DNA of 64,000 nucleotides from Psilocybe cubensis (Eukaryota): NCBI GenBank assembly GCA_017499595.2, contig CM039007.1, positions 310,001 to 374,000 of the forward strand, read 5' to 3'. Shown piece by piece: positions 41,070 to 53,090 of this stretch (position 1 is its first letter; each line of letters starts with the position of its first letter). The notes under the pieces were generated by a model. It saw only the letters and a program-made list of their open reading frames with translations, ran no database searches and was not told where the DNA came from. The position numbers and the translations under genes were made by a program.

Positions 41070-41472
41070 GCAGGTCTTGATGTCTGTAATTCGAAATTGG
41101 AGCAAGGTAAATAAATGCTTTCCAGATCCTGGAGGTGTTGGACACAGAGACACTGAACAAGGGTGTCGGAAGAAACGCATTGTGTAGCTCACCGTCAACA
41201 GCGGGGATCAATGGCAAGTAAAAATAGCAAGCGTCATGATAATCGGGAATTAGTAAATGCTTGAAAAGCTAATGGCAGTTCAATAAAATGCTAAAGAGAA
41301 ATAAATAACACCCTCTGAACTTGTAGATACTCGGAGCATCTGAGCAACGAGATATAATGCGGTATGATGGATGCTCCCTCTCTGATGCATTTGCGTGTGG
41401 TGGCCCCAACAAATGATACATATATAATAGAGAAATCCAAAACGTGCCAACTCGCTACAGCTAGAGCAGATG

Positions 41473-42647
41473 CTACATTATCACACATCGACAGCTGTAC
41501 CCAAAACATTCAAATCGGCATCCAGGACAATCACATCCAGCCTCGCTTGGTGGTGTCTGCCGTGAAGGGGTAGATTGCGTGATTGGAATAGTGGCAGTAG
41601 CGGCTGGTTGACTCGTTGCATTCTTCTCCACGTTTGCTGGCACGACGTTTACCTTCGCCGGATTATAATCGATTGAAAGGGCCCTAGTTACCGACCTAGA
41701 CTCCAGCCAGTCCTTAGGGACAAAAGTGAGGGCATACGAAAACGCTTCCGCATTTGCGTCTCTCACATAATTCATCTGCAAGCGTAAGCAATCGATGTGC
41801 TTGCGCAAGAAAGAGGTATTACCTTGTTTACATAGTCCTCGTAAGCGTCCCGGAGCTCGAGCCATGTCGGCATAGTAGTGGGGATTTTTTCCCTGGCATT
41901 GAGATAGGTGATCTCGCCGAGTTTCTCATCTTGATGATTCTGCACCATGCCGGTTTTGGTCCACCAGCGCTTAAACATGTTGATACACTCTTCCAGGTTA
42001 TGCAGAACGGTGTCAAAGTTGTTTTCCAACCCTTTATGTATGTCGTTTAGTTAGCAAATTGTTTCATTTGAGTCAGAGAGATAGCAGATATGCTGACCAT
42101 TTAGCCTGTCGACACCTTTGTTTGCCTTGATAGCCTTTGAACGGAACAGATAGTCTCACATTCAGTTGATCCCACAGCGTGTCGAAGCAGGAAAAACTTA
42201 CATCTTTGATCCCTCTTTGCACGTTTCGAAATTCCCGAGCTGTTTCTTCTGCCTCCTTCGCTCCCGTGGATGCACAGCTCTTCATCTGCTCGAGGTATTT
42301 AGCGATGTCGTCCTCGCTTGCCAGGTGGATTTTTTCGACTAAACCAATCCCTTCCTGGGCAACAGCATGCCCCGTCTGAGCAGCGTCGATTCCGGTATCG
42401 TATGCCTTGACAAAATTTCCGACTTGCTTCCCAATTATGACGGTCGAGGGTGACCTAGATAGTCTAAGCCTTTTTCTCCGCTGGCAGTCCCCTTCATCAA
42501 AGCTTACTGTCTGTCTGGATCAGAGGAGGCAATTGCCAGTCGCCAATCATTAACAAAGACAAAAAACGAGTTCGTCGAGTTTTTGAGGGATATTAGCTGC
42601 TGCTTGTACTCGCTGCTATCATGGGTCTGAATTCGCGAATCGCCCAT
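41473..42647 (-). CDS. Helical-bundle family paralog A, C-terminal CaaX (CVIM)
   Basis: Five exons: MGDSRIQ..NDWR / QVGNFVKAYDTGIDAAQTGHAVAQEG..YLEQMKSCASTGAKEAEETAREFRNVQRGIKD / AIKANK.. / LEECINMFKRWW..WLELRDAYEDYVNK / MNYVRDAN..GCDCPGCRFECFGYSCRCVIM*. Confidence 0.8.
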
Positions 42648-44005
42648 GATGTCTATGCTTGTTCGAGATAAAACGAAGCGGTGAGTGGATTGTGGAGTGA
42701 GTACGGATACAAAGCAACAATTTGCTTCTATATGCAACTCCTCGCAGCTTTCGATAAACATACACGCTGGTCCCTCGGACGGTGCGTTCTCCGCGTTTGA
42801 ATGAAGGGAAGATGTCAAAGTTTCAATCCACGTTGCAAAAACGCAATGCTTACGGCGTTTCGAGAATGATCGATCCATTGCAAAATTTGCCACCCTCTAC
42901 ACGATATGAATTTAATTTTGAGATGGCATATTGTGAAGGATACCACCGGCAGCCTCGAGGTATCCTAGATGCACAACAAATCAAAACGTAATGGGGCGGC
43001 AGACGAACAAACCCTCCGACGGTGCCAAATCTAGGCTAGCAGGTAAGTCACAAGAACATCGAAATGTTGGTCAAAATGTTGGTCACCACCTGTATTTCTC
43101 TACCCCTGGGAGTATGTTGGAAACGAAGTCAAAGTGAGGAAGTTTTCTAGGCCGTTGACTTAAACACAAGTTGCCGTATCGTAGAAACCCAATAGAAACA
43201 GGCAAGAAAGAAACAGGCTTAACGTGCTGTCCATGGGCCATGCCGGGCATGGCATTCTACATTGCATCGGCGTTTCAAATTATCGAACTCCGTATCACTT
43301 TTTGACAGTGTTTGTTGAACCGTGTCTGTGACAAACATGACATGCTCTTTCTTCATAACCACTCTGTGGCTGGTCTGTGGCGCAATTTGTGCCAATGGAG
43401 CACGTCTTTCTGTCTTGTATGGCATCCCAAACGCCAATAAGTTCTATAATCTTAGTATCTTATCCGACTCACATGCAGTTTTACTAATTTGTCGATATTC
43501 CAGCTCGACACGCGACGGTATTGAGATGTTTGTTGGGTCATGTATTGAAAAATTCCGTCAATGCAACAACGATAGGAACTTTTGCACGTATATTTCTCAG
43601 CGGTATTAACTTGAGCATAAATTGAAACGTTTCGTTTCAAAATTATTCTAGTTTTTAACTGATTTATCACTGTTTAGAGGTTGTTTGACTCGTCATTTTC
43701 TTACAGGTGCAGTAATAATTGTCAAAGCTCGATGATACTCAGTTGTTGTACAGAGATATATTTGCGCGATTATGAAGAGAGGCTAATAAAGACCTTTGTG
43801 CACACTGCGTATCTCCCAGAAAGCGATTTTTTCAAGGCTCAATGTCATTGTCATATTACAACAAACGCATTATTCGAGGCAAGGTCATTCTACTTTATTT
43901 CCGTCGCCATTTGCATTTACGTGTATCTATTCATCTTTTACAAGTAATATAGGCATGATGGCAGTCTCAACATTTGCTTGAATCCATACCGATAATGCCC
44001 ACCGT

Positions 44006-45628
44006 TCACATAATTATACAACATTTGCATCCCTCCTCTTTGGGTCTCTTCGGCTCCTCAATTCGATTTTCCTCTTCCTTTACTCTCTGCTCTTTGGATC
44101 TCTTTGCCTCTTCAAATTCCTTTGCCGCCTGTACTCTTTGTTCCTCGAGTTTCTTCGCCTCCAGGATTCTCCTTGCTTCCTCCGCTCTTTGCTCCTCAAG
44201 TCTTCGTGTTTTTTCAAACATCATTTCCTCTTCAATTCTCTGTTGTTCTGCCTTCTCGTCTCTCCTGGTCTCCTCGATTCTCCTGGTCTCCTCGATTCTC
44301 CTGGCTTCCTCGATTCTCCTGGTCTCCTCGATTCTCCTGGCCTCCTCGATTCTCCTGGCCTCCTCGATTCTCCTGGCCTCCTCGATTCTGTTCTCCTCCT
44401 CGACTCTCCTTGCCTCCTCAACTCTGCTCTCCTTCTCGATTCTGCACACCTCTTCAATCCTCCTGGCCTCCTCGATTTTTGCCTCCTCAATTCTCGCCTC
44501 CTCGATTCTCCTTGCTTCCTCTTCTATTCTCTCAGCCTCTATTACCCTCGCCTCCTCTATCCTCATCTCCTCGATTCTCCTTGCCTCCCTCTCAACTCTC
44601 TCGTCCTCTTCTCTTCTTATTTCATTGTACTCAGTCAGTTCAATTCTGGCAGCAATGGCCTGTGCAAATTCGAATGTCCCCTGGTTCGTATCCTCAATGT
44701 ACTTCATCTACAATTAAGGATTTATAATCAGACACATACAGGGTACTGTGATACAGCGATATCTGCAGAGTCAAAATGGTCACCTTGTCCGTATACTGCA
44801 AGTATGCTAATTCGATGTCTTTCCAGGTAGTCTTGATCGCGTCAACGTTGTTATGTGAGTCGGTGCCTCTGATTTCAGTCATTTTGAGGCTTAGGTATTT
44901 GTGGATCATGCCGGCTTTGGTCCACCAACGGATGTAAATTGTCATGCATTTCTGCAAGTCTTCGAGGACAAAATCCACAGCCTCGAGAGCTACGAATCAA
45001 AATGAGCATATCAAAACTAGTCAATCCGAACAACGGTTGGTGAGTGCTAACTTTCTATCTTATTGCTTCCTTGTTTTCGAAACCCCTGGATGGCCTGGTG
45101 CAGAGGTTAAATGACTCATTTACGATATTTGTACGACACGTAACTTACTTTTTTGATCCCGTTCTGTACTTCGCGAAAATTTCTGGCCGTCTGCTCAGCT
45201 TCACTTGCTCCTTGAGAAATAAGCCTCTCCATCTGCTCCATGTAGTGCTCATAATCCTCATTTTCGGATGGGTTTACGTCCCCATTGTTGAACATTTCCA
45301 GATGTTCGGCTACGCCAACCCCGTCTCGTGCCGCTGCATGACCCGTCTCGGCTGCCTGAACTCCATTGCGATGCGCCTCAGCAAAACGCCCTATGTGACG
45401 ACCAATTGGGTGCGTCGACAACGATCTAGCATTACTTCTTAATAACGGTTTGACGCCTACTAAATTGAAGGCTTACTCTGGCGTGGAGTTGGACGTCGCT
45501 GTTGATGACCTCCAAGTGTCCAAAGATTTCAGAAATTTATTCATCGACTTCTCGATAGCCGTCAGCTGTGCTTGGTGGGCATCTTGCGTCGCCACTAAGT
45601 CGGCATTCTGAGTACTGACAAGTTCCAT
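44006..45628 (-). CDS. Helical-bundle family paralog B with EEARRI repeat tail and CaaX (CIIM)
   Basis: MELVSTQ..LDTWR / HIGRFAEAHRNGVQAAETGHAAARDG..YMEQMERLISQGASEAEQTARNFREVQNGIKK / .. / LQKCMTIYIRWW..WKDIELAYLQYTDK / MKYIEDTN..(EEARRI)n..EGCKCCIIM*. Confidence 0.82.
44262..44590. repeat. Coding 18-bp tandem repeat (CTCCTCGATTCTCCTGGC-like, EEARRI on the minus strand)
   Basis: Near-perfect units at 44262-44388, with degenerate units continuing to about 44590. Confidence 0.9.
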
Positions 45629-46184
45629 TGAAAACTATTGGTTGTTAGTGATGGCAGTGTGTTGTTGGGGGAGTGTGGTTTGATTGAACAACATACATAG
45701 CTGCTAATGATGTTTAAAGTATACCAGTTAATCATCATTGTTACCGAACCCTCATGTCCCTGCAAGCCGCCGGGTGATCTCTCTCCGCGCACGATGTCTG
45801 AAACACAATTAATATGCATGAGGACGACTAATTAAAACCTTTGGGTTTTGGCGGTTACAAACACGTTTTCAACCAACTCGCCTTGCCCAGAGCACGTCAT
45901 TCAACACCAACATGTGGCAATGACCGTCTTGCTTCTGCAACACAAGTTTCACTCTCAAAATCATAAAACGTTGCAAGGGTGGGAATGCATTACTCTATAC
46001 AGCATGGCCACGACCAGAGCTGGAGGTTCAAAGTCGGTTGTAGAATTCCCAAAAATTCTTTCTTGTGCAAATTGTACATTGTTGCATGCAACAAAATATT
46101 AATGCGTACATCAAATCAAGCTGATGCACACCCTCTGGCTTAACCAGAACTATGTTATTGTTTCTCTGCCCGCCGACTCAAGTT

Positions 46185-47147
46185 TCATCTACTTGTTGAC
46201 ATATTACCCGCCAGCGCTTGTTGCAATATCGTTTTGTAGTCAGGATTGAGCTCTGTCAAGTCCTTGATCTGGAGTTCTTATCAGTACTCGCTCAAGTGTG
46301 ATTGTCTATTGCGAGTCATACCGCAGATGTATAGTCAACATACTGATCCTCCAGCTTCATCCACTCGGCTACCACGGACGCTTCGCGGACTTGATTATAC
46401 ATGGATTGCAACATCATAGTGCGCCTATGCTGGGAGCCGTTCTGCATCTCGAGGCCGTTCCACCAGGAAGCGAATTGAGAAACTTGTTCACTGAATCGCT
46501 CCAGGACCGGAATATGACTTTTGAGTGTATCTAGCTGATCTATATCTTTATTATAATGAGTTAGTGTTGTAGTTGGAGAAACGTAAAATCCACAGACACT
46601 ATACCATGAGTTTCTTCGGGGTCCCTTTTAGCCTGTTCGATGAGCTGGAAAATGACGAGCTCGTCTATGTTAATTGAGCATACACTAGGAGCAAGTCCCC
46701 ACCTTCATCAAAATTACTCGTACATTCCTAAACTCCTTTTGCGCATCGATTGCGTTCTTCTTTCCACGTTCGGCCCACTTAAGCATGTCCTTCCAATGCT
46801 CCTGCGTCCCTTTTTTGTCGCAAGCCTTAGACAAGCGCACAATGGTCAACACTTCTCGCGCAGTGTTAAATCCATATTGAGCTGCGATAATAGACTTGTC
46901 AATAGCTATAGCGTACGAACACGCTTGAGCTCTAATCATGGTCCCCGCCTTTGATCTACAAGTTTTATCATCGTTCAACCTTTTTACTTCTAGAAAGAGA
47001 GGAACCGACACACCCGCTCTCCTGCCCACTACACCAAGGCACTAGAAGCTCGAAAGACTCTATTGTAGAGTCAACGAGGTCATCTAGATTTAGACGTGAG
47101 CTGTCGGGGCATCGGGGAATATTAGATACACCAGAGCCAAATGGCAT
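46185..47147 (-). CDS. Helical-bundle family paralog C (no CaaX)
   Basis: MPFGSG..LDDLVDSTIESFELLVPW / IRAQACSYAIAIDKSIIAAQYGFNTAREV..AERGKKNAIDAQKEFRNVRVILMK / LIEQAK.. / LERFSEQVSQFASWWNG..WMKLEDQYVDYTSA / IKDLTELNPDYKTILQQALAGNMSTSR*. The last two exons were translated by hand. Confidence 0.78.
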
Positions 47148-47835
47148 TTTGTTCGAGAAAGAGAACAAGGAGAAATGGCTTAATGAGCTCTGGGGAAGGA
47201 ATCCTTTTACCTTTAGGCCCTATTCGGGACCTGGTGCAATCGGTTGCCTGCAGAGGTACACGCTTGAACCTCAAGGCACGTCACCCTTCACGTATGACAG
47301 TGTCCAGCACTAAGTCCCAACCCCACGACGGATGTAGTGGACCAGAAGGAAACCATGTTTTCTTCGGCGGTTATTAACAAACCAGACACGGTGGTGACCA
47401 CAAGGCATACCACGCTCTATTGCCTTAAATACTGCCAAGGTAAAAATAGTAGAATCTCGTCACCAGTCTGCTTCCTACACTAGATTATAGCCTAATTTTG
47501 TGGCGCTGCGTGTAAACATGAAAAGTTTCAGAAAGCAAAACCCTGCCTACATCGCTCTCGTCAGGCATATGGAAAGATCGACATCGAATCATTCTGCTCG
47601 CAGTAGCGTCCCTAATCACTACTGTGATTTGGCTCCCCGTGCCTTCCCTCCTGAATCTTGCTCATCGTACATGATTGATGCTTCAGCCCAATAAAATGTA
47701 GGAACCGTTCCCTCTTGCCCATGGTACTTGAATGGCGTGCCAGATGCCTGTACGAAATTGCAATAGGAATGAAGAGTAAGGCAGTGGGGTCGCCTGTGTT
47801 TAAATGGGTTGATGGAAAAGGGACTTGGTCATTTG

Positions 47836-48880
47836 CTAGACGTCGAGATGACGGGGGTGGAATTAACTGATCTGAATGTGTTCCATCGTACCCGTCATGG
47901 AAGCCTGTAAAGTCCGAGGTTGCTTTTTGGTGCTCCTCAAGAAACTGGAAAGCATTCTTTCTGAAATCAGAGTTGGTGTCTTGAATGTGCTGTATCTATT
48001 TGAACAAGGCTTGTATGAGATAAATCGAATTGCAGGCAGAAAGATGCCTACCCTGTCGGTGTAAAACACATACTCCTGACGTAACTCTTTCCACTTGGTA
48101 AGAACATCATTATTGCGAATTTTATTGTAATTGGTAGCGACGTGAGTTTGCCGTGTGACTTGGGATTTGTGGCTCATGTAAATCGTATTCCACCAGGAAA
48201 TGTACGAGGAAATACAGGCAGAGAACCTTTCGAGCAGAGATACGCCATCTTCGAATTCTTTCAATCGCGTTTCATCTGTGCGTGAATTGTATTTTGTCAG
48301 CAACATTCTGAAATACCCACTTCTTTACTGACTCGACGATGCCGTTTCATATTGGTTCAGATTTATATTCTTCTTCGCATCTTGGACAAGCTGTATTTTA
48401 GGTTGGGTCAGAAGAGCCAACCACTTCGTAATGGAAAAGAAATACATACCTGTCCCACCACGATTCGTACATTTCGGAATTCAGCCTTGGCTCTTTCTGC
48501 GTTCCCTTCTGCCTGATGGGCCAAGTCGACCATGCCCCGAAGATACTCTTGACGGTCCGCATCGTTGCTTGAGCCGAGAGACGCCGCGAATGCTATGACT
48601 TCGTCGCAGAAGGTGTATCCTTTCTGAGCTGCCGTAATGCTAAAGTCTATCGCTGTGATATAAGAAAGCGCTTGAGATTTGATCGGTTTGAAGACCTCAT
48701 GACTGGTGTAATGCAATGGTAAGAAACATATATGAAATAACGAGAAATTAAGAATGACCAAGGTTGTGAAGAGCAAAACCAGGGACGTAATAGCTTGTAG
48801 ATGTTTGATGTCGATTCCGCCAAATCACGAAGGCAAATATCAGTGGAAGGGGAGTCCAGACTGACTTGTATGATTTCCAT
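47836..48880 (-). CDS. Helical-bundle family paralog D (no CaaX)
   Basis: MEIIQVSLD..LRDLAESTSNIYKLLRPW / IKSQALSYITAIDFSITAAQKGYTFCDEV..AHQAEGNAERAKAEFRNVRIVVGQ / LVQDAKK.. / LERFSACISSYISWWNT..WKELRQEYVFYTDR / IQHIQDTN..PPRHLDV*. Confidence 0.8.
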
Positions 48881-49633
48881 AAAGTTGAACAAGCTTGTGT
48901 GAGCTACTGAGGGAAAGAGAAGAAAAAAAAGGTGTGTAGAAATACTTACTGGCGGTATAATAAATGAACCAATGACGATAAAATTGTGTCCTTTGGATCT
49001 ATTCTCCGCGGAGTGCAAGGAACCTTTAATTAGTACGGGTCAGATCATATGGGCGACTCCAAGTCGTTCAGATCGATGGATGAGGACTTCCTCTGTCAAA
49101 TGTCGTAACCCACAGAGCTTTCAGCCTTGTCTAACATGCGCAGTACATGTGCCACTTGCTGGACATTCCGAACGAAAACCGATGGACATCTTCGATCTCC
49201 ACTCCTGTACCCTTGTGGATGGGTGTCTGCCCATTGAGGAAAATACGGGCGCTAAGTGGCTCTTGAAACTTGATTGTGACCTCTGGGACTCCAGGAGTTA
49301 CTTCATTGTAAAGGCGTGTGTACTAATATATATGGGCGGTTGAAACAGCGTGCAGGCCTGCACCACACCATTAATTTCATTAATAAGCCGGTGAAGTCGG
49401 CAATTTGCGCACATGTTCCGTCTGCTTCTGGCCGACTTCGTAAGGGCTCTTTTCGTCGACGTTGAGTTGGGAGGCCTTATCAACAACTAGTACCATGCGT
49501 GATACACGTTCAATGCATCATGACGTATACACTGTGAAGAAGTTCTTTAGCGCCTTCACTTCCAGGGGTCTTTCGATACCTGCCATCCATCCTCCGATAC
49601 ACATACAGCAAAAGAGATATCCCGCCTCTCAAA

Positions 49634-50646
49634 ATGTCCCTGTATGTTAAACTAGAGACGCCAGGAGCATTCGACTTTGCGGCATTTACACGCGCAACTC
49701 GCGGCACGTTAGCTTTACTTGCTTCCTTGCTCAAGTTCCAAAAATGGTACGCACTTTTCTGAATATGAATCTTGCCAGTGATCACAGAATTATGACGCCA
49801 GTGACCCTACTGTATTGGGACAGATTGAGGCCCAGGTTTCTGGATTTGTAAAAGCAATTAGACTGGGAACAAGCGCTGCCCAATGCGGATTCACCACAGC
49901 AGAAGATATCCTGATTCTCTCCGAACTTGTACAATCAACTACCCTGGAGGAGCGTCGTGAATATCTCAATGGAACTCTTGAGCTCGCAGATCAAGCCTAC
50001 TCTCAAAGCAAAGAAGCTCAACAAGTATTTAGGCAAGTGAGGACCGAGATCATGTCTGTGAGTAATGACATAAATTCTCGTGTTGAAACGCAAACGATAC
50101 TTTATGTTAGATTGTCGGAAAGCTCAACAGCGTGGAGACTGTTTCCAAACCCTCTAGTTCGGCGACTCGGACTTCTTTAGAAGGCCGTCTACGCGGAATT
50201 GAAGCACTGGATAGTTTTGAAAAGCACATATCAGCATTAGCAGATTGGTGGGACTGGATCAAAATTGAAACGAAGGTTCAGCGAAACGGTAGATCTGCTA
50301 TCGTCGACTTCGATGACTCGTCTTTAAGAGAAAGATCCGTCATTGATCGATGGAAATTACTGCGAGTACAGTTCTTGGATTACACCAATATGGTAAGCGT
50401 CATTCCTCGATTTATCGATGAAATTTGTTTGTAGTATTCTCAACAATGATACAGGTGGGCCAATTGGAGGATTCTTATCCAGAGCTCTTTTCAAAATCCT
50501 ATCAAATTTCGACTACATATCAAAGACCAGAGCAGAAAGGTTACCAGGATTCGCGACATGTATTTTTTCGACAGGATTTACGTCGCGCTCTAAATGCCAT
50601 CAAACGATCTTCGAGACAAGGAATCTGTCTATGCATAATCATCTAA
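49634..50646 (+). CDS. Helical-bundle family paralog E, C-terminal CaaX (CIII)
   Basis: MSLYVKLETPGAFDFAAFTRATRGTLALL / IEAQVSGFVKAIRLGTSAAQCGFTTAEDI..ADQAYSQSKEAQQVFRQVRTEIMS / ..LDSFEKHISALADWWDW..WKLLRVQFLDYTNM / VGQLEDSY..RQGICLCIII*. Confidence 0.78.
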
Positions 50647-51209
50647 GCCATAGAGTTTAACAACGATTTACAACGATCTTCGCTTGCCTTCACCGACATA
50701 ATTATTTGTATATAAAATGTTATCAACCTTTGGCATTACTGTCTGTATCTGTTTGTATTCTCTAGACATCAGTGTACCAGTTATTAGTATGATATTATAA
50801 CAAGGTTTCTTTTGACACGTCTAAGGTCTCCAACCCAACTTGTTTTCGGTAATGGGTAGGATTGCGAAGAATCCAAGTTTGAAGTAGACAATGTTGAGGT
50901 AGATCATTGCACTTTAACACGTGCGCCATGACCGCCTACCCCAAGCCTGGTACCCTCACGGCGGGTTACCAGACACGTTTAAATTTACCTTTTTCCAGCA
51001 ATCAAGAAATAAGACGATCGAGACTTGGGCGTCACGGACATCGACATTGATTGTTGTAACCAGTTGACACCAATTTATAGGCCAAACGAAGCTAACAAAC
51101 TTGGTACCATTTTTTCCGAATTATGCGCTCAGTGATACATGGATTGCAATTTGGAGCGCAGGGAAGTAAAATAATTATTGCATGGTGTGAAGTCATCAAC
51201 AGAATGTTT

Positions 51210-51997
<788 letters not shown>

Positions 51998-52160
51998 TCA
52001 TATTACATTCCTGTCTGAAACCTTTCAGATTACAAACTTTTGTCTGAAGAATGACGAAATGTTCTTGATCCTATATCGAATGTGCGACCAAACGCTTCCG
52101 AAGCCGGTTCCTCTCACTATCTAAAGATATCCTATCCAGAAACTTCTTGTAAATCGTCAT

Positions 52161-52177
52161 GCGGGGTGTTACCCCGC
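52161..52177. promoter_or_regulatory. Inverted pair of CreA/Mig1-type sites (GCGGGG..CCCCGC)
   Basis: GCGGGGT-GTT-ACCCCGC matches SYGGRG on both strands and lies in the intergenic region shared by PEBP and the alpha-amylase. Confidence 0.35.
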
Positions 52178-53090
52178 CTCCACAAAATCTATTCCCCGGT
52201 TGGTTCTACCCAGCCTGAGGACTAACGCTTGACAGTAAAGTATCATTTTATAACGGATATGTCGATTGCGTTCTGCATGGACTTCGCCAAAATCAGAGCT
52301 AGTAAAGATCGACGACGATGTAAATAGTTGACGGACAGACTCACCTATGCAATATGTCTATAACAAAGAAGCTTGGAACGTAGTATGGAAAGCTGGCCTG
52401 CGCATGCCGCGTGATGGCCGATCATGCTAAGAGATCTAAGCTAGTACAGGTTTCCAGCTTTCCATACTTAGGAACGGAATAGAGATGGCAAAGATTGTTC
52501 AGCAAAATGCTCCACTTAGTGTTAACTCTACCTATAGAAAGGCCATTGCGAAGCTATTGCAGTCTAGTAACCAGCCGCTTTTCCTGAAACGTCTACAATT
52601 CACGGTACATAGAGATTACACATACATCGGTCCTAAGCAACTACTCCTACCGGAGGGCGAACTCACGCTCAATTCCCACGTGTCGCTCGCGTTTCCGACA
52701 ATTTTGTTGTCACCAGTTGAACTCGAACCTCCATGGGCAAGGATTCCGCAAAGTCTCCAGGTACGTATTTCCTCGCCCTCGGGATTTGGTGACATATCGG
52801 CGTTTATCAGAACGGGCCTGATGGCTGGAAATTTGTTCCACTCTGCACATTGTCCTACCTGTCAAATGATCAAACTTTTATTCGGGAACACCTGTTCTTC
52901 AGACTTTCATGGCCAAAAATACGGTAGTGTAGCGACAGTTCGGAGTCGCCTGATATCAATGACTAGTTCTATTTCTTTTCGCCGTCATACCTAGATCGGA
53001 GGCTACCGTCGAAGTGACGTTTAAATAGTGCTTCGTTTCGCAACATTCATCCAGCTCTCTAGTTCTGTGCTCTCTCCCCCTTTCGCAGTA

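Noticed and set aside
43974..44830. Long plus-strand ORFs (SSILLA, PPRFSW and LLDSPG repeats)
   Set aside because: These are antisense and alternative-frame shadows of the 18-bp EEARRI repeat; only the minus frame joins the paralog B exons and ends in CaaX.
41473..50646. B mating-type pheromone locus suggested by multiple CaaX ends
   Set aside because: The CaaX motifs terminate long multi-exon proteins; no short pheromone-precursor ORFs or STE3-like receptor are visible.
52485..52994. 169-aa ORF upstream of the amylase
   Set aside because: No recognisable motifs, introns or coding-like composition; probably a chance ORF in promoter DNA.
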